This document shows, in pieces, positions 19,200 through 27,902 of a stretch of DNA of 64,000 nt. Location: the IMG/VR virus record IMGVR_UViG_3300032038_000037, positions 35,277 through 99,276 of that record, one strand, 5' to 3'. Numbering within the stretch: the first letter of the stretch is position 1; every line of letters starts with the position of its first letter. The position numbers and the translations under genes are program-made. The notes below the pieces were generated by a model. That model saw nothing but the letters and a program-made list of their open reading frames with translations, searched no databases and was not told where the DNA came from. The DNA comes from a virus (lineage: Duplodnaviria > Caudoviricetes).

Positions 19200-20132
19200 T
19201 TATAATAATTGATTTACTAATTTCTGAATTGTAGCGGGATCATATCCTGCTTTTTTTAAATTACTTGTTCTTGTCGCGCCATTTCCATATTTTCCTTTAA
19301 CTACATCTTTGGCGACAGAATTATATTTATTAACACGAGCTTGAACTTGATTATAATCATAACCAGCATTTTTCAATTTAGCTTTTCTCGTATCACCTGT
19401 TCCCCATTTACCAGCAATTACTTCTCTAGCAATTGTATCAATTGATTTCTTTGACGTCGTTGTAGTTGTAGTCTTTTTAGGTTCTTCTTTCTTTGCTGTA
19501 GTAGCAGTTACTTTTGCTCCTGCTAATCTATCCCAATCAGTTTTTGAACCATAAAAACAATCCATATCTAAATTTCCGCCATATCCGGTTACTCTACCAT
19601 TCGAAGAATATTGTCTAATAATAGCTTTAGACCAAGCACCTAAATTTGGATACTGTGCAGGTTGATAATACTTTGTTACATTATTATTTGGATAACCTGC
19701 TACCCATAATTGATAATTTTTAGCTACAGATGACCAATTATAAGCAGTAGTAACAGATCTACTAGTATAAATTAAAGCACGTTTTCCACTTAACTGATAA
19801 AATTTATCAAGAAAAGCCTTCGCATAGTTTACTCCCTTCTTCAAAGCATTAGCTTCCCAATCTAATACAAAAATAGCTTTCCCATTATATTTTTGAACAG
19901 TTTTCCAAAAATAAGTAGCTTCTTTTTCTCCACTAGTACTTCCTGTAGCAAAATGATAAATCCCTAATTTCTTACCGCTTGCTAATATATCTTTTGCCCA
20001 TTGTTCAAAACATGGATCTTTATAGTTAGTCCCTTCTGTTGCTTTTACAATTATGAAATCGGCACTAACCTTCTTCACGTTTAGACCCTTTTGCCAATGA
20101 GAAATATCAATTCCATTTAAATAACTCATCAT
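19200..20132 (-). CDS. Endolysin: GH25 muramidase with C-terminal Cpl-7 (CW_7) repeats
   Basis: GIDISHWQ, IVKATEG, LDWE, WVAGY, RQYSSNG, NLDMD; IAREVIAGKWGTGDTRKAKLKNAGYD repeats. Confidence 0.92.
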   Translation of the reverse strand: MMSYLNGIDISHWQKGLNVKKVSADFIIVKATEGTNYKDPCFEQWAKDILASGKKLGIYHFATGSTSGEKEATYFWKTVQKYNGKAIFVLDWEANALKKGVNYAKAFLDKFYQLSGKRALIYTSRSVTTAYNWSSVAKNYQLWVAGYPNNNVTKYYQPAQYPNLGAWSKAIIRQYSSNGRVTGYGGNLDMDCFYGSKTDWDRLAGAKVTATTAKKEEPKKTTTTTTSKKSIDTIAREVIAGKWGTGDTRKAKLKNAGYDYNQVQARVNKYNSVAKDVVKGKYGNGATRTSNLKKAGYDPATIQKLVNQLL

Positions 20133-20163
20133 TTTATCTCCTTTTTAAATATATTTTCCATAT

Positions 20164-20203
20164 ACTCCTATTAATAAGTTGACTTTAAAGTGAAGTCCTT
20201 TAT
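20164..20203 (-). promoter_or_regulatory. Putative late promoter (copy 3) for the endolysin
   Basis: Minus strand AAGGacttcactttaaagtcaACTTATtaatAGGAG. Confidence 0.55.
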
Positions 20204-20236
20204 AAATTTGACTTTATTAATAATATGTGATATAAT
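20204..20236 (+). promoter_or_regulatory. sigmaA-like promoter for the nuclease-helicase cassette
   Basis: TTGACT 20208-13, 17-nt spacer, TGn-TATAAT 20231-36. Confidence 0.8.
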
Positions 20237-20266
20237 AATAATAGGGTTAAAATAGGAGAAAAGAAG

Positions 20267-21247
20267 ATGATACATATAAATTTAATAGAAGTTTTTTTAA
20301 TAATATTAGTTTTCATTTTTGCTATATTATATTATACTCAATATCAGCTTTATAAAACATTAAAAGAAACAAAAATTGAAGACTTTAATACAGAAACAAA
20401 ACAAATTTGTAATGAAATTAAATCAAAAGAAAATAAAGAATTAGCTGAGTTTATCCAACAAACAAAACTAAAAATAGAAGAGTTGGAAAACTTATTATCT
20501 GAAAAAGAAAAAAGATATAGCGAAGTAAATCAAGATTTAGACATATACAAAACAGATAGGCTTTTAGATATTGATTCATCTATTGAAAACTATTATGAAC
20601 TAAAACTTAATGAAATTATTGGTGTGCTTCAAAGCATAAAAGAAGAAAATTTACAAATAATCAATAAAGAAACTGAAGAACAACAAAAAGAAATCGAAGA
20701 AATTGAAAAAGAGTTAGAAAGTTTACGTAGTAGACGCGCAGCAATAAATAAGGAGATTCTGCGACAAAGAGAAATTGAAGAGCAACAAGATTTTTACCGA
20801 ATACAATTATTAGAAAATGATAAGCCAGATATAGAAATCTTGCAAACTACGGCTCCGCGCCTTCGACATCCAGAAGCTATTAATAAAATTATTTGGAGTA
20901 ATTATTATCAAAAACCTTTAGCTGAATTAAGAAAACGTTTACTGCCAAATGGTGATTATAGTGGAATTTATAAAATAACTCGTCTTAAAACAGGAGAAAT
21001 TTATATAGGTCAAACAACCTCAATTGATAAACGTTTTCAAGATCATGTAAAATCAGCCTTAGGTGTTGGTACATTAACAAGTTCTCAACTTCATCGTACA
21101 ATGGCTAAAGATGGCCCAGAGAACTTTACTTTTGAAATTATTGAGCAAGTTGAAAAGGACAAATTAAAAGAGCGTGAAGCATATTATATAAATTTTTATG
21201 ACAGTAAAAATTATGGGTTAAATACAATAAAAGGACAAGAAAAATGA
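20267..21247 (+). CDS. Membrane-anchored coiled-coil GIY-YIG nuclease
   Basis: N-terminal TM (VFLIILVFIFAILYY), ~150-aa E/K/Q coiled coil, C-terminal SGIYKIT...IYIGQT...KRFQDH...EREAYYI...GLN. Confidence 0.85.
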   Translation: MIHINLIEVFLIILVFIFAILYYTQYQLYKTLKETKIEDFNTETKQICNEIKSKENKELAEFIQQTKLKIEELENLLSEKEKRYSEVNQDLDIYKTDRLLDIDSSIENYYELKLNEIIGVLQSIKEENLQIINKETEEQQKEIEEIEKELESLRSRRAAINKEILRQREIEEQQDFYRIQLLENDKPDIEILQTTAPRLRHPEAINKIIWSNYYQKPLAELRKRLLPNGDYSGIYKITRLKTGEIYIGQTTSIDKRFQDHVKSALGVGTLTSSQLHRTMAKDGPENFTFEIIEQVEKDKLKEREAYYINFYDSKNYGLNTIKGQEK

Positions 21248-22293
21248 ATTTAAATGATAAACAAAAACAGGTTGTACAAACTACAAAAAATAAGGTTTTA
21301 GTTCAAGCCGCAGCAGCGTCAGGAAAAACAGCATGTCTTATTGAAAGATTGAATTGGCTTTTACAAATGGGGCAAGACCCTAGTAAAATTGTTGCAATTA
21401 CTTTTACTAATAATGCTGCAGCTGAAATTAAAGACAGATTAATTACAAAAGCTGAAGGAATGTTTGTTGGTACTGTTCATTCTTATTGTAACTATCTTCT
21501 GCGCGCAGGTGGTATTGCAACAGATAAGATTCTTGATGAAGATAGATTTGATGATTTGTTTCCTTTAATTAAAGAAAATCCGCATTGTATTCGTGAGATT
21601 GACCATTTAATTGTTGATGAAGCTCAAGATTCAACCGAATTACAATTTGAATTTTTTGAATTACTTTCTCCAAAAAACTTTATGTACTTTTTTGATCTAC
21701 GACAATCTATTTATGGCTTTGCAGGTGCATATCCAGATTATCTGATTGAACTAAAAAGACAAAATGGAATTACTATTTATGAGCTAAACCAAAATTATAG
21801 AAATGGAAATGCAATACTTAATCAAGCAAGAAAAGTTATTAATAGTTTAGGTAGAGAATTTCAAGACCATTCAATTCCAATGCGTCATGTACAAGGAAAA
21901 TTTGTTTATGGGGAAATGACTCTTGAAGGTATTGCTAATAAATTAAAAGAAGAAAAATTTGGAGATTGGTTTATTCTTTGTCGATCTAACAAAGAAATTG
22001 AACAAGTGTGTTTTGTTCTGAAAAAACATGGTATTCCTTGTGATACTTTTAAACAAAGAGATTTGAATAATCAACAAATACAAGATAGAATGAAAGCTGA
22101 TACAGTAAAAGTTTTAACAGTTCATTCTGCTAAAGGGTTGGAAGCTAATAAAGTTTTGGTTTATGACCCTCGTTTATTTGATGATAGCCAGAGAAGATTG
22201 TATTATGTGGCGGCAACCCGTGCAAGAGATGAGTTACTGTGGGTTAAACCGCCGAGAAAAACGCCGAAGAAAAAAACCACAAATTGGGAATAA
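21244..22293 (+). CDS. Minimal UvrD/Rep-family SF1A helicase
   Basis: AAAASGKT, ITFTNNAA, GTVHSY, IVDEAQD, QSIYGF, NYR, ILCRSN, TVHSAKGLE, RRLYYVAATRAR; only 349 aa; ATGA overlap with the nuclease. Confidence 0.9.
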   Translation: MNLNDKQKQVVQTTKNKVLVQAAAASGKTACLIERLNWLLQMGQDPSKIVAITFTNNAAAEIKDRLITKAEGMFVGTVHSYCNYLLRAGGIATDKILDEDRFDDLFPLIKENPHCIREIDHLIVDEAQDSTELQFEFFELLSPKNFMYFFDLRQSIYGFAGAYPDYLIELKRQNGITIYELNQNYRNGNAILNQARKVINSLGREFQDHSIPMRHVQGKFVYGEMTLEGIANKLKEEKFGDWFILCRSNKEIEQVCFVLKKHGIPCDTFKQRDLNNQQIQDRMKADTVKVLTVHSAKGLEANKVLVYDPRLFDDSQRRLYYVAATRARDELLWVKPPRKTPKKKTTNWE

Positions 22294-22324
22294 AAAAAAG
22301 AGGTCTATTATAGACCTCTTTTTA
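22293..22324. terminator. Bidirectional intrinsic terminator
   Basis: AAAAAAAGAGGTCTA-t-TATAGACCTCTTTTT between convergent genes. Confidence 0.85.
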
Positions 22325-22330
22325 CTTACT

Positions 22331-22784
22331 TTATTTAACAGTAATAGTACAATCACCAGTAATTACAAGATAATCGCCAACATTTTCACAATTACCTGAT
22401 GTTGCCTCTGACCCACCAGCTTCTATTTTCATAACACCTTTATATAATGGTACTGTAAAAACTCCTTCGGTAATTTCATTAATAGAAATAACATCATTTG
22501 TAATAGTTGGTATAGCTAAAAAATCTATATCTAAATCGTCTCCGCCATATATCGCAGTTACTTCAGCGGTTGTAATATCACTTGGTGGTGCAGGTACATT
22601 AACTGTAACCTTATTAAAAACTTTTCCTTCTTCTGGTGTATATACTTTATTTTCCTGAGCTGATAACTCAATTTCTTCTTTATTATCACTAGCCCCCAAA
22701 ACTATCTAACATTCCAGATAATACTGCACGATTAGTATTATGTGGTGTATTCATTATATAATCTAATACTTCTGCTTTATTCAT
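22331..22784 (-). pseudogene. Structural-type gene split by a +1 frameshift at TTTTGGGGG (frameshifted or programmed)
   Basis: AGGAGG RBS and ATG 22784 give MNKAEVLDYIMNTPHNTNRAVISGMLDSFGG* (TAG 22691-22689). The +1 frame continues GASDNKEEIELSAQENKVYTP... to 22331. Confidence 0.6.
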
Positions 22785-22808
22785 TTTATTCCTCCTTTTT
22801 CATTTTTA

Positions 22809-23264
22809 TTAACGATCGTCACCATCATCGCCATCATCGATTTGCAAATGATAATTTCCATCGTCACTTAAATAAGAATATTGAACTCCATCAATAGAAA
22901 TATTATTTTCAACAGCAATAATTAAACTAGAACCAGAAAGAGAATCATATTCTGTATACATATCTGTTAAACTTTCAAGATAAAAAATTGTTGTTACTGT
23001 TGTTATACTCTTTGTACCGCCACCAGTATCATTAGATCTTGGTATTGATAATGCTAAAGGCCAACTCTGCGCTATCTCGTCAATAACCTCACCATTTATT
23101 GTTCCTTCTTCTTCTCCTACAAAAAAATTAGAAGCATCATAAATTACAGTAGCTGTACTACCACCTCCGCCGGAACCCGCGGAAGCTACACCATCTTCTA
23201 AGTGATTCAATTTTTCAGCAGTAATTGTCTCACCAGTTGTCCAAGTTTGTTTTTCGTAACTCAT
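22809..23264 (-). CDS. Small virion-type protein
   Basis: Start refined to 23264 (GGAGG RBS); MSYEKQTWTTGETITAEKLNHLEDGV motif related to the N-terminus of 18614..19093. Confidence 0.65.
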   Translation of the reverse strand: MSYEKQTWTTGETITAEKLNHLEDGVASAGSGGGGSTATVIYDASNFFVGEEEGTINGEVIDEIAQSWPLALSIPRSNDTGGGTKSITTVTTIFYLESLTDMYTEYDSLSGSSLIIAVENNISIDGVQYSYLSDDGNYHLQIDDGDDGDDR

Positions 23265-23319
23265 TATTTCCTCCGCTCCATATAATAATATGTCCATTAT
23301 TTTTAATTACGTAACATTA

Positions 23320-23360
23320 TCCTCTATTTGTAAGTAAAATTTTGCTCAATAAACCCCATA
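23320..23360 (-). promoter_or_regulatory. Putative late promoter (copy 4)
   Basis: Minus strand GGGGtttattgagcaaaattttACTTACaaatAGAGG. Confidence 0.5.
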
Positions 23361-23392
23361 AATTTGATTTTTCTTCAAAAATTTGATATACT
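23360..23392 (+). promoter_or_regulatory. sigmaA-like promoter for gyrB
   Basis: TTGATT 23364-69, 17-nt spacer, TGn-TATACT 23387-92. Confidence 0.75.
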
Positions 23393-23420
23393 AATTATAG
23401 AAAAATAAAAGGAGGAATAT

Positions 23421-25277
23421 ATGGATTATACTGCAAAAGATATAGAAACTTTAAGCTTTCGCGATGCAATAAGAGAACGTGTCGCAATGTACATGGGTAG
23501 CGCGGATAATCAAGGCGTCCTTCAATGTGTTAGAGAAATTATTACAAACTCAATAGATGAAATGACAATGGGTTATGGAGACACAATTCAAGTCTTTCTT
23601 GATAGGAGTGGAGAAGTAACTGTTAAAGATAATGCACGTGGGGTTCCTTTCGGAAAGCGCGAAGATGGCACTGAAGCTATGGAAGCTATCTACACAATGC
23701 CGCACACAGGTGGTAAATTTAATGAAAAAGTTTATCAAAATGTAGCTGGTATGAATGGGATAGGAAGTAAAGGCGTTGCTCTTTCTTCTTCTTATTTTAA
23801 AGCCATTTCAGTTAGAGATGGACAAATGGCTACATTAATTTTACGAGATGGAATTAAAGAGTCTTTTAAAGTTGAACCTGCGGAAAATACAAAAGAACAT
23901 GGTACACAAGTTACTTTTATTCCTTCAGAAGAAGTATATAATTTAGAGCCTATTAAAATTGACTTTGAAGATTTAAAAGCAATGTGTAAGAATTGGTCTT
24001 ACTTAACTCCAAAAGTAACTTTTAAATTAAATAATTTAATGACAAAAGAAAAAGTTACTTATAAATCTGATAATGGAATTAAAGATTTCTTAAAAGATTC
24101 AATTACAAAGCCAATTCACAAAACACCATTATATATTTCAATAGAAGAAAATGGAATTGAATGTGAAGTAGCCATGCAGTGGGCGGCCAGCCGAAAAGAA
24201 CACTGGTATGTATTTACTAATGGACTTGCTAATTCAGAGGGTGGAACTTCACTTACTGGCGTGAGGACTTCGATAACTAATTTCTTCAAAAAGAAATTTA
24301 AGGGAGAATTTGCAGCTGATATTGCAAGAGGTGGGTTATTTTATGTGGTAAATTGTAAAGTACCAAATCCTTCTTTCGCAAATCAGACAAAAACAAAGGT
24401 AAATAATCCTGAATTAAGAGGTTTATGTCAGCGCGCGACCACACAAATGCTTGATGATTTCGCAAGACGGCACCCTGCAGAGTTCGAACAGATATTAACT
24501 CTTTTAACTAAAGAATTAAAAGCTGAACGCGCTGCAGAACGAGCAAGAGAGCAGGTACTACGAGCTGGAAAAGAAATTGAGAAAAATCAGAAGAAAAAAG
24601 TTTTCGCTTCAGATAAGTTGAAAGATGCCGAATTTCTTGGAGAAAACTCAACCCTTCTTTTAGTAGAGGGAAATTCTGCGGCAGCTTCAATGGCAGTCGC
24701 ACGTGATGTGTCCAAATATGGAATACTTGCTTTGCGAGGAAAAATGATTAATTGCCTAAGCAACCCCGATGAAAAGATTTTTCAGAATGAGGAAATTAAA
24801 TTATTTCTTAGTGCGATGAACATAGTTCCTGGTAAATATAATGCAAAGAAACTTCGTTATGGAAAAGTTGCAATCTGTACTGATGCTGATTCAGACGGTA
24901 GCCATATTGGTCTTTTGATTATGGCAGCGCTCCGCTATTTAGCTCCAGAATTTCTTGATGAACAGCGTTTATATTGGCTTCGCTCTCCGCTTTATATTGT
25001 TAAGAATGGAAAAAAAGAATCTTATTTCTTTACCGATGAAGAGTTTGCAAAAGCTAAAAATAAAGTTAAAGGTGAAGTTCAACGCAATAAAGGACTTGGC
25101 GCACTATCAGAAGCCCAAGCAAAACGCTCAATGTTTACCGAAGAATTTCAACGTATGGAACAGCTTGTTCCTTCCAAAAATAGTTTATTTTTATTGGAAG
25201 ACTTAATGGGAGTAAACGTAGAACCAAGAAGAAACTTTATCTTCAATAATATTGATTTTAGTGAAATAAGAGAATAA
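23421..25277 (+). CDS. gyrB: Type IIA topoisomerase (gyrase) subunit B
   Basis: GHKL motifs EIITNSIDE, DNARGVP, HTGGKF, GMNGIG; FANQTK; Toprim VEGNSA, LRGK, DADSDGSHI; RNKGLG. Confidence 0.93.
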   Translation: MDYTAKDIETLSFRDAIRERVAMYMGSADNQGVLQCVREIITNSIDEMTMGYGDTIQVFLDRSGEVTVKDNARGVPFGKREDGTEAMEAIYTMPHTGGKFNEKVYQNVAGMNGIGSKGVALSSSYFKAISVRDGQMATLILRDGIKESFKVEPAENTKEHGTQVTFIPSEEVYNLEPIKIDFEDLKAMCKNWSYLTPKVTFKLNNLMTKEKVTYKSDNGIKDFLKDSITKPIHKTPLYISIEENGIECEVAMQWAASRKEHWYVFTNGLANSEGGTSLTGVRTSITNFFKKKFKGEFAADIARGGLFYVVNCKVPNPSFANQTKTKVNNPELRGLCQRATTQMLDDFARRHPAEFEQILTLLTKELKAERAAERAREQVLRAGKEIEKNQKKKVFASDKLKDAEFLGENSTLLLVEGNSAAASMAVARDVSKYGILALRGKMINCLSNPDEKIFQNEEIKLFLSAMNIVPGKYNAKKLRYGKVAICTDADSDGSHIGLLIMAALRYLAPEFLDEQRLYWLRSPLYIVKNGKKESYFFTDEEFAKAKNKVKGEVQRNKGLGALSEAQAKRSMFTEEFQRMEQLVPSKNSLFLLEDLMGVNVEPRRNFIFNNIDFSEIRE

Positions 25278-25289
25278 GTGAGGAAGATA

Positions 25290-25412
25290 ATGAAATCTAA
25301 CCCGAAAGATAAAGAATGTCAAAAATGTTATGAAGAAAGTCGAAAGAAAAAAGGAGCATTACTCTTTTGTGAAGCAACTGGAGTATGTAAAAAATATATA
25401 AAAGGAAAATAA
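25290..25412 (+). CDS. 40-aa Cys4 mini-protein between gyrB and gyrA (not in the ORF track)
   Basis: GAGG RBS; MKSNPKDKECQKCYEESRKKKGALLFCEATGVCKKYIKGK; stop 1 nt before the gyrA ATG. Confidence 0.6.
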   Translation: MKSNPKDKECQKCYEESRKKKGALLFCEATGVCKKYIKGK

Positions 25413-25413
25413 A

Positions 25414-27774
25414 ATGAGTGATTTAAAAACAATAATTGAAGATAGCTTTCAACAATATGCTGGGGCCGTATTACAGTCCCGTGCATTAGTTGATGTAAGA
25501 GATTGTTTGAAGCCTTCCGCAAGACAAATTTTCTACTGTTTATATACAGATAAGTTTCTTCATTCAAAACCATTTAAGAAAACGCTAAAGGGTATTGGCT
25601 CAGCCATGCGTATGTATATCCATGGTGATTCAAGCTGTGAAGGAGTTATAATGCGCGCAGGACAGCCGTTTGCGATGCGTTATCCTCTCATTGAAGTTGA
25701 GGGTTCATATGGAAACTTGATGGAATCTGGGAACTGGTCAGCACCACGATATACATCAGCTCGTCTTTCAGCTTTATCAGAATATCTTTTTAAAGATATT
25801 AACAAAGATACAATTGAAGAATGGCGAGATAACTATGATGATACAGAACAATATCCTGCTGTATTACCAACAAAAGGATTTTTTAATATAGTAAATGGAA
25901 CTATGGGTATTGGAGTCGGCGCGGCTTCGTCAATTCCTCAGTTCAATTTACAGGAAATTAATAATGCTTTAGTTTTCTTACTGGAAAATCCTGACGCTTC
26001 TTTTGAAGATATATATTGCGCTCCTGATTTTGCAACTGGCGCAGTATTATTAAATGAAAAAGAAGTCAAACAAGCATTAAAAACAGGATACGGTTGTTCT
26101 TGCAAATTAAGGTCTGTCATTGAATATAATAAGTTCGAACGTAGTTTAATTGTTAAAGAAATTCCTTTTAGTGTCTACACAAATACAATTTGTAAAGAGC
26201 TAGAAGAGATTTTAGAAAGTGACGAGAATCCTGGTATTGAGCGTTTTAATGATTTAACAGGTGCAACGCCAAATATTAAAATCTATTTAAAAAGAAACGC
26301 TAATCCAGATCGAATATTAAAATATTTATATAAGAATACATCGCTTCAATCTTATTATGGAATTAATATGACCATGCTTGAAAATGGTCGTTACCCAAAA
26401 GTTTTTGGTTGGAAAGAACTTTTACAATCATATATCAACCATGAGAAAGTTGTTTATCGTAGAGGTTTTGAATTTGATCTGAATAAGAAATTAGCAAGGG
26501 TACATATCTTAGATGGACTGTTAATTTGTTTAGCCTCTATTGACGAAGTAGTTAAGGTTATTAAAAATTCTTCTACAACTGCGGCAGCAAGTAAAAGTCT
26601 ACAAGAAAAGTTCTTATTAGACAGCGCGCAGACCAAAGCAGTACTTGATTTAAAACTTTCTCGTTTAGCTCATTTAGAGGTTGAAAAAATTGAAAACGAG
26701 AAGAAAAAACTTGAAGAAGAAATCGAAGAAATTCAAGATATCTTAAATAATGAAGATAAATTTAATGAGCAGCTAATCAATGGTTGGAATGAAGTTTCTC
26801 GGAATTTTAGTGATGCAAGACGTACTCAAATATTAAATATAGAAAATGAAGATGATGAACCAAAGGAACTTCGTAAATTAGCAATTAATCTTTCTAATCA
26901 AAATAATATTTATATTCACGAAGTATCCACACTTTATTCACAAAGTCGTGGTGGTGTAGGAAAGAAATTTAAAATGAGTAAGGGAGAATATATTATCTCA
27001 ACTCAGAATGGAGATAATAAAAGTTTAATTCTTTTCTTCTCAAAAAGTGGCAATTATTATCATGCCAAACTTTCCGATATACCAACTGGTGAAGTTGTAC
27101 CAATCGAATCAATTTCAGCAGTAAAAAGTACAGAAGAAATTTGTTATATGCAAGTTGTTAATAAAGAAAATCTTAAAAACAACAATAACAATATAATCTT
27201 CTTTACAAAACATGGTTTAATGAAGAAAAGTAAATTAAGTGAATATAATGTTAATAGACAAACTGGCGCAAAAGCTATAGCTTTAGAGCCTGGCGATGAG
27301 ATTTGTTCAGCAATCGTTACAAATGATAGTCGCGTTGGTATGTTAACCACACGAGGTCAGTTTGTAATCTGTGAAACAAAAGATATTCGTCCGATTGGTC
27401 GTGTAGCAAAAGGAGTTAAAGGAGTAAAATTAAATGAGGGCGATTGTTTAGTTTGTGCTAAAGAGATTCCTCAAACAACAAAGGAAATTATTAGTATTAG
27501 TAAACTTGGTTATTCAAAACGAACACCTATTTCTGAATTTACTGTTACTAATCGTGGAGTAAAAGGTGGAAAGATTCATCGGTTAAAAGACACAACAGAT
27601 GAATTAGTATCATTTGCTCCTATTACTACAGAAACTGAAGCTATAGTTGTTGCTAACCGAACTCAAATTAAAATAAAGCTATCAGAAATAAGTTTATTAA
27701 GTAAAGGCGCGCAAGGTACTAAATCAATTAAAATTACCGAATCGGCGCGAGTCGTTGGAATGACAATTTTCTAA
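25414..27774 (+). CDS. gyrA: Type IIA topoisomerase (gyrase) subunit A
   Basis: RALVDVRDCLKP, IHGDSS, catalytic APRYT, GIGVGAASSIP, PDFATG; beta-pinwheel CTD with GyrA-box-like QSRGGVG. Confidence 0.93.
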   Translation: MSDLKTIIEDSFQQYAGAVLQSRALVDVRDCLKPSARQIFYCLYTDKFLHSKPFKKTLKGIGSAMRMYIHGDSSCEGVIMRAGQPFAMRYPLIEVEGSYGNLMESGNWSAPRYTSARLSALSEYLFKDINKDTIEEWRDNYDDTEQYPAVLPTKGFFNIVNGTMGIGVGAASSIPQFNLQEINNALVFLLENPDASFEDIYCAPDFATGAVLLNEKEVKQALKTGYGCSCKLRSVIEYNKFERSLIVKEIPFSVYTNTICKELEEILESDENPGIERFNDLTGATPNIKIYLKRNANPDRILKYLYKNTSLQSYYGINMTMLENGRYPKVFGWKELLQSYINHEKVVYRRGFEFDLNKKLARVHILDGLLICLASIDEVVKVIKNSSTTAAASKSLQEKFLLDSAQTKAVLDLKLSRLAHLEVEKIENEKKKLEEEIEEIQDILNNEDKFNEQLINGWNEVSRNFSDARRTQILNIENEDDEPKELRKLAINLSNQNNIYIHEVSTLYSQSRGGVGKKFKMSKGEYIISTQNGDNKSLILFFSKSGNYYHAKLSDIPTGEVVPIESISAVKSTEEICYMQVVNKENLKNNNNNIIFFTKHGLMKKSKLSEYNVNRQTGAKAIALEPGDEICSAIVTNDSRVGMLTTRGQFVICETKDIRPIGRVAKGVKGVKLNEGDCLVCAKEIPQTTKEIISISKLGYSKRTPISEFTVTNRGVKGGKIHRLKDTTDELVSFAPITTETEAIVVANRTQIKIKLSEISLLSKGAQGTKSIKITESARVVGMTIF

Positions 27775-27790
27775 AATTTGATAGAAGTGA

Positions 27791-27831
27791 AAATTTGAGT
27801 TTTAATAAAATTTAATATATAATATATATAG
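27791..27831 (+). promoter_or_regulatory. sigmaA-like promoter
   Basis: TTGAGT 27795-800, 17-nt spacer, TATAAT 27818-23, then ATATATAG. Confidence 0.75.
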
Positions 27832-27902
27832 AAAGTTAAGAAAAGCTTTCAAGACAAAATATTAACAAACTAAATTTTTTAATGCACAAGGAGAAAAGAA
27901 TT

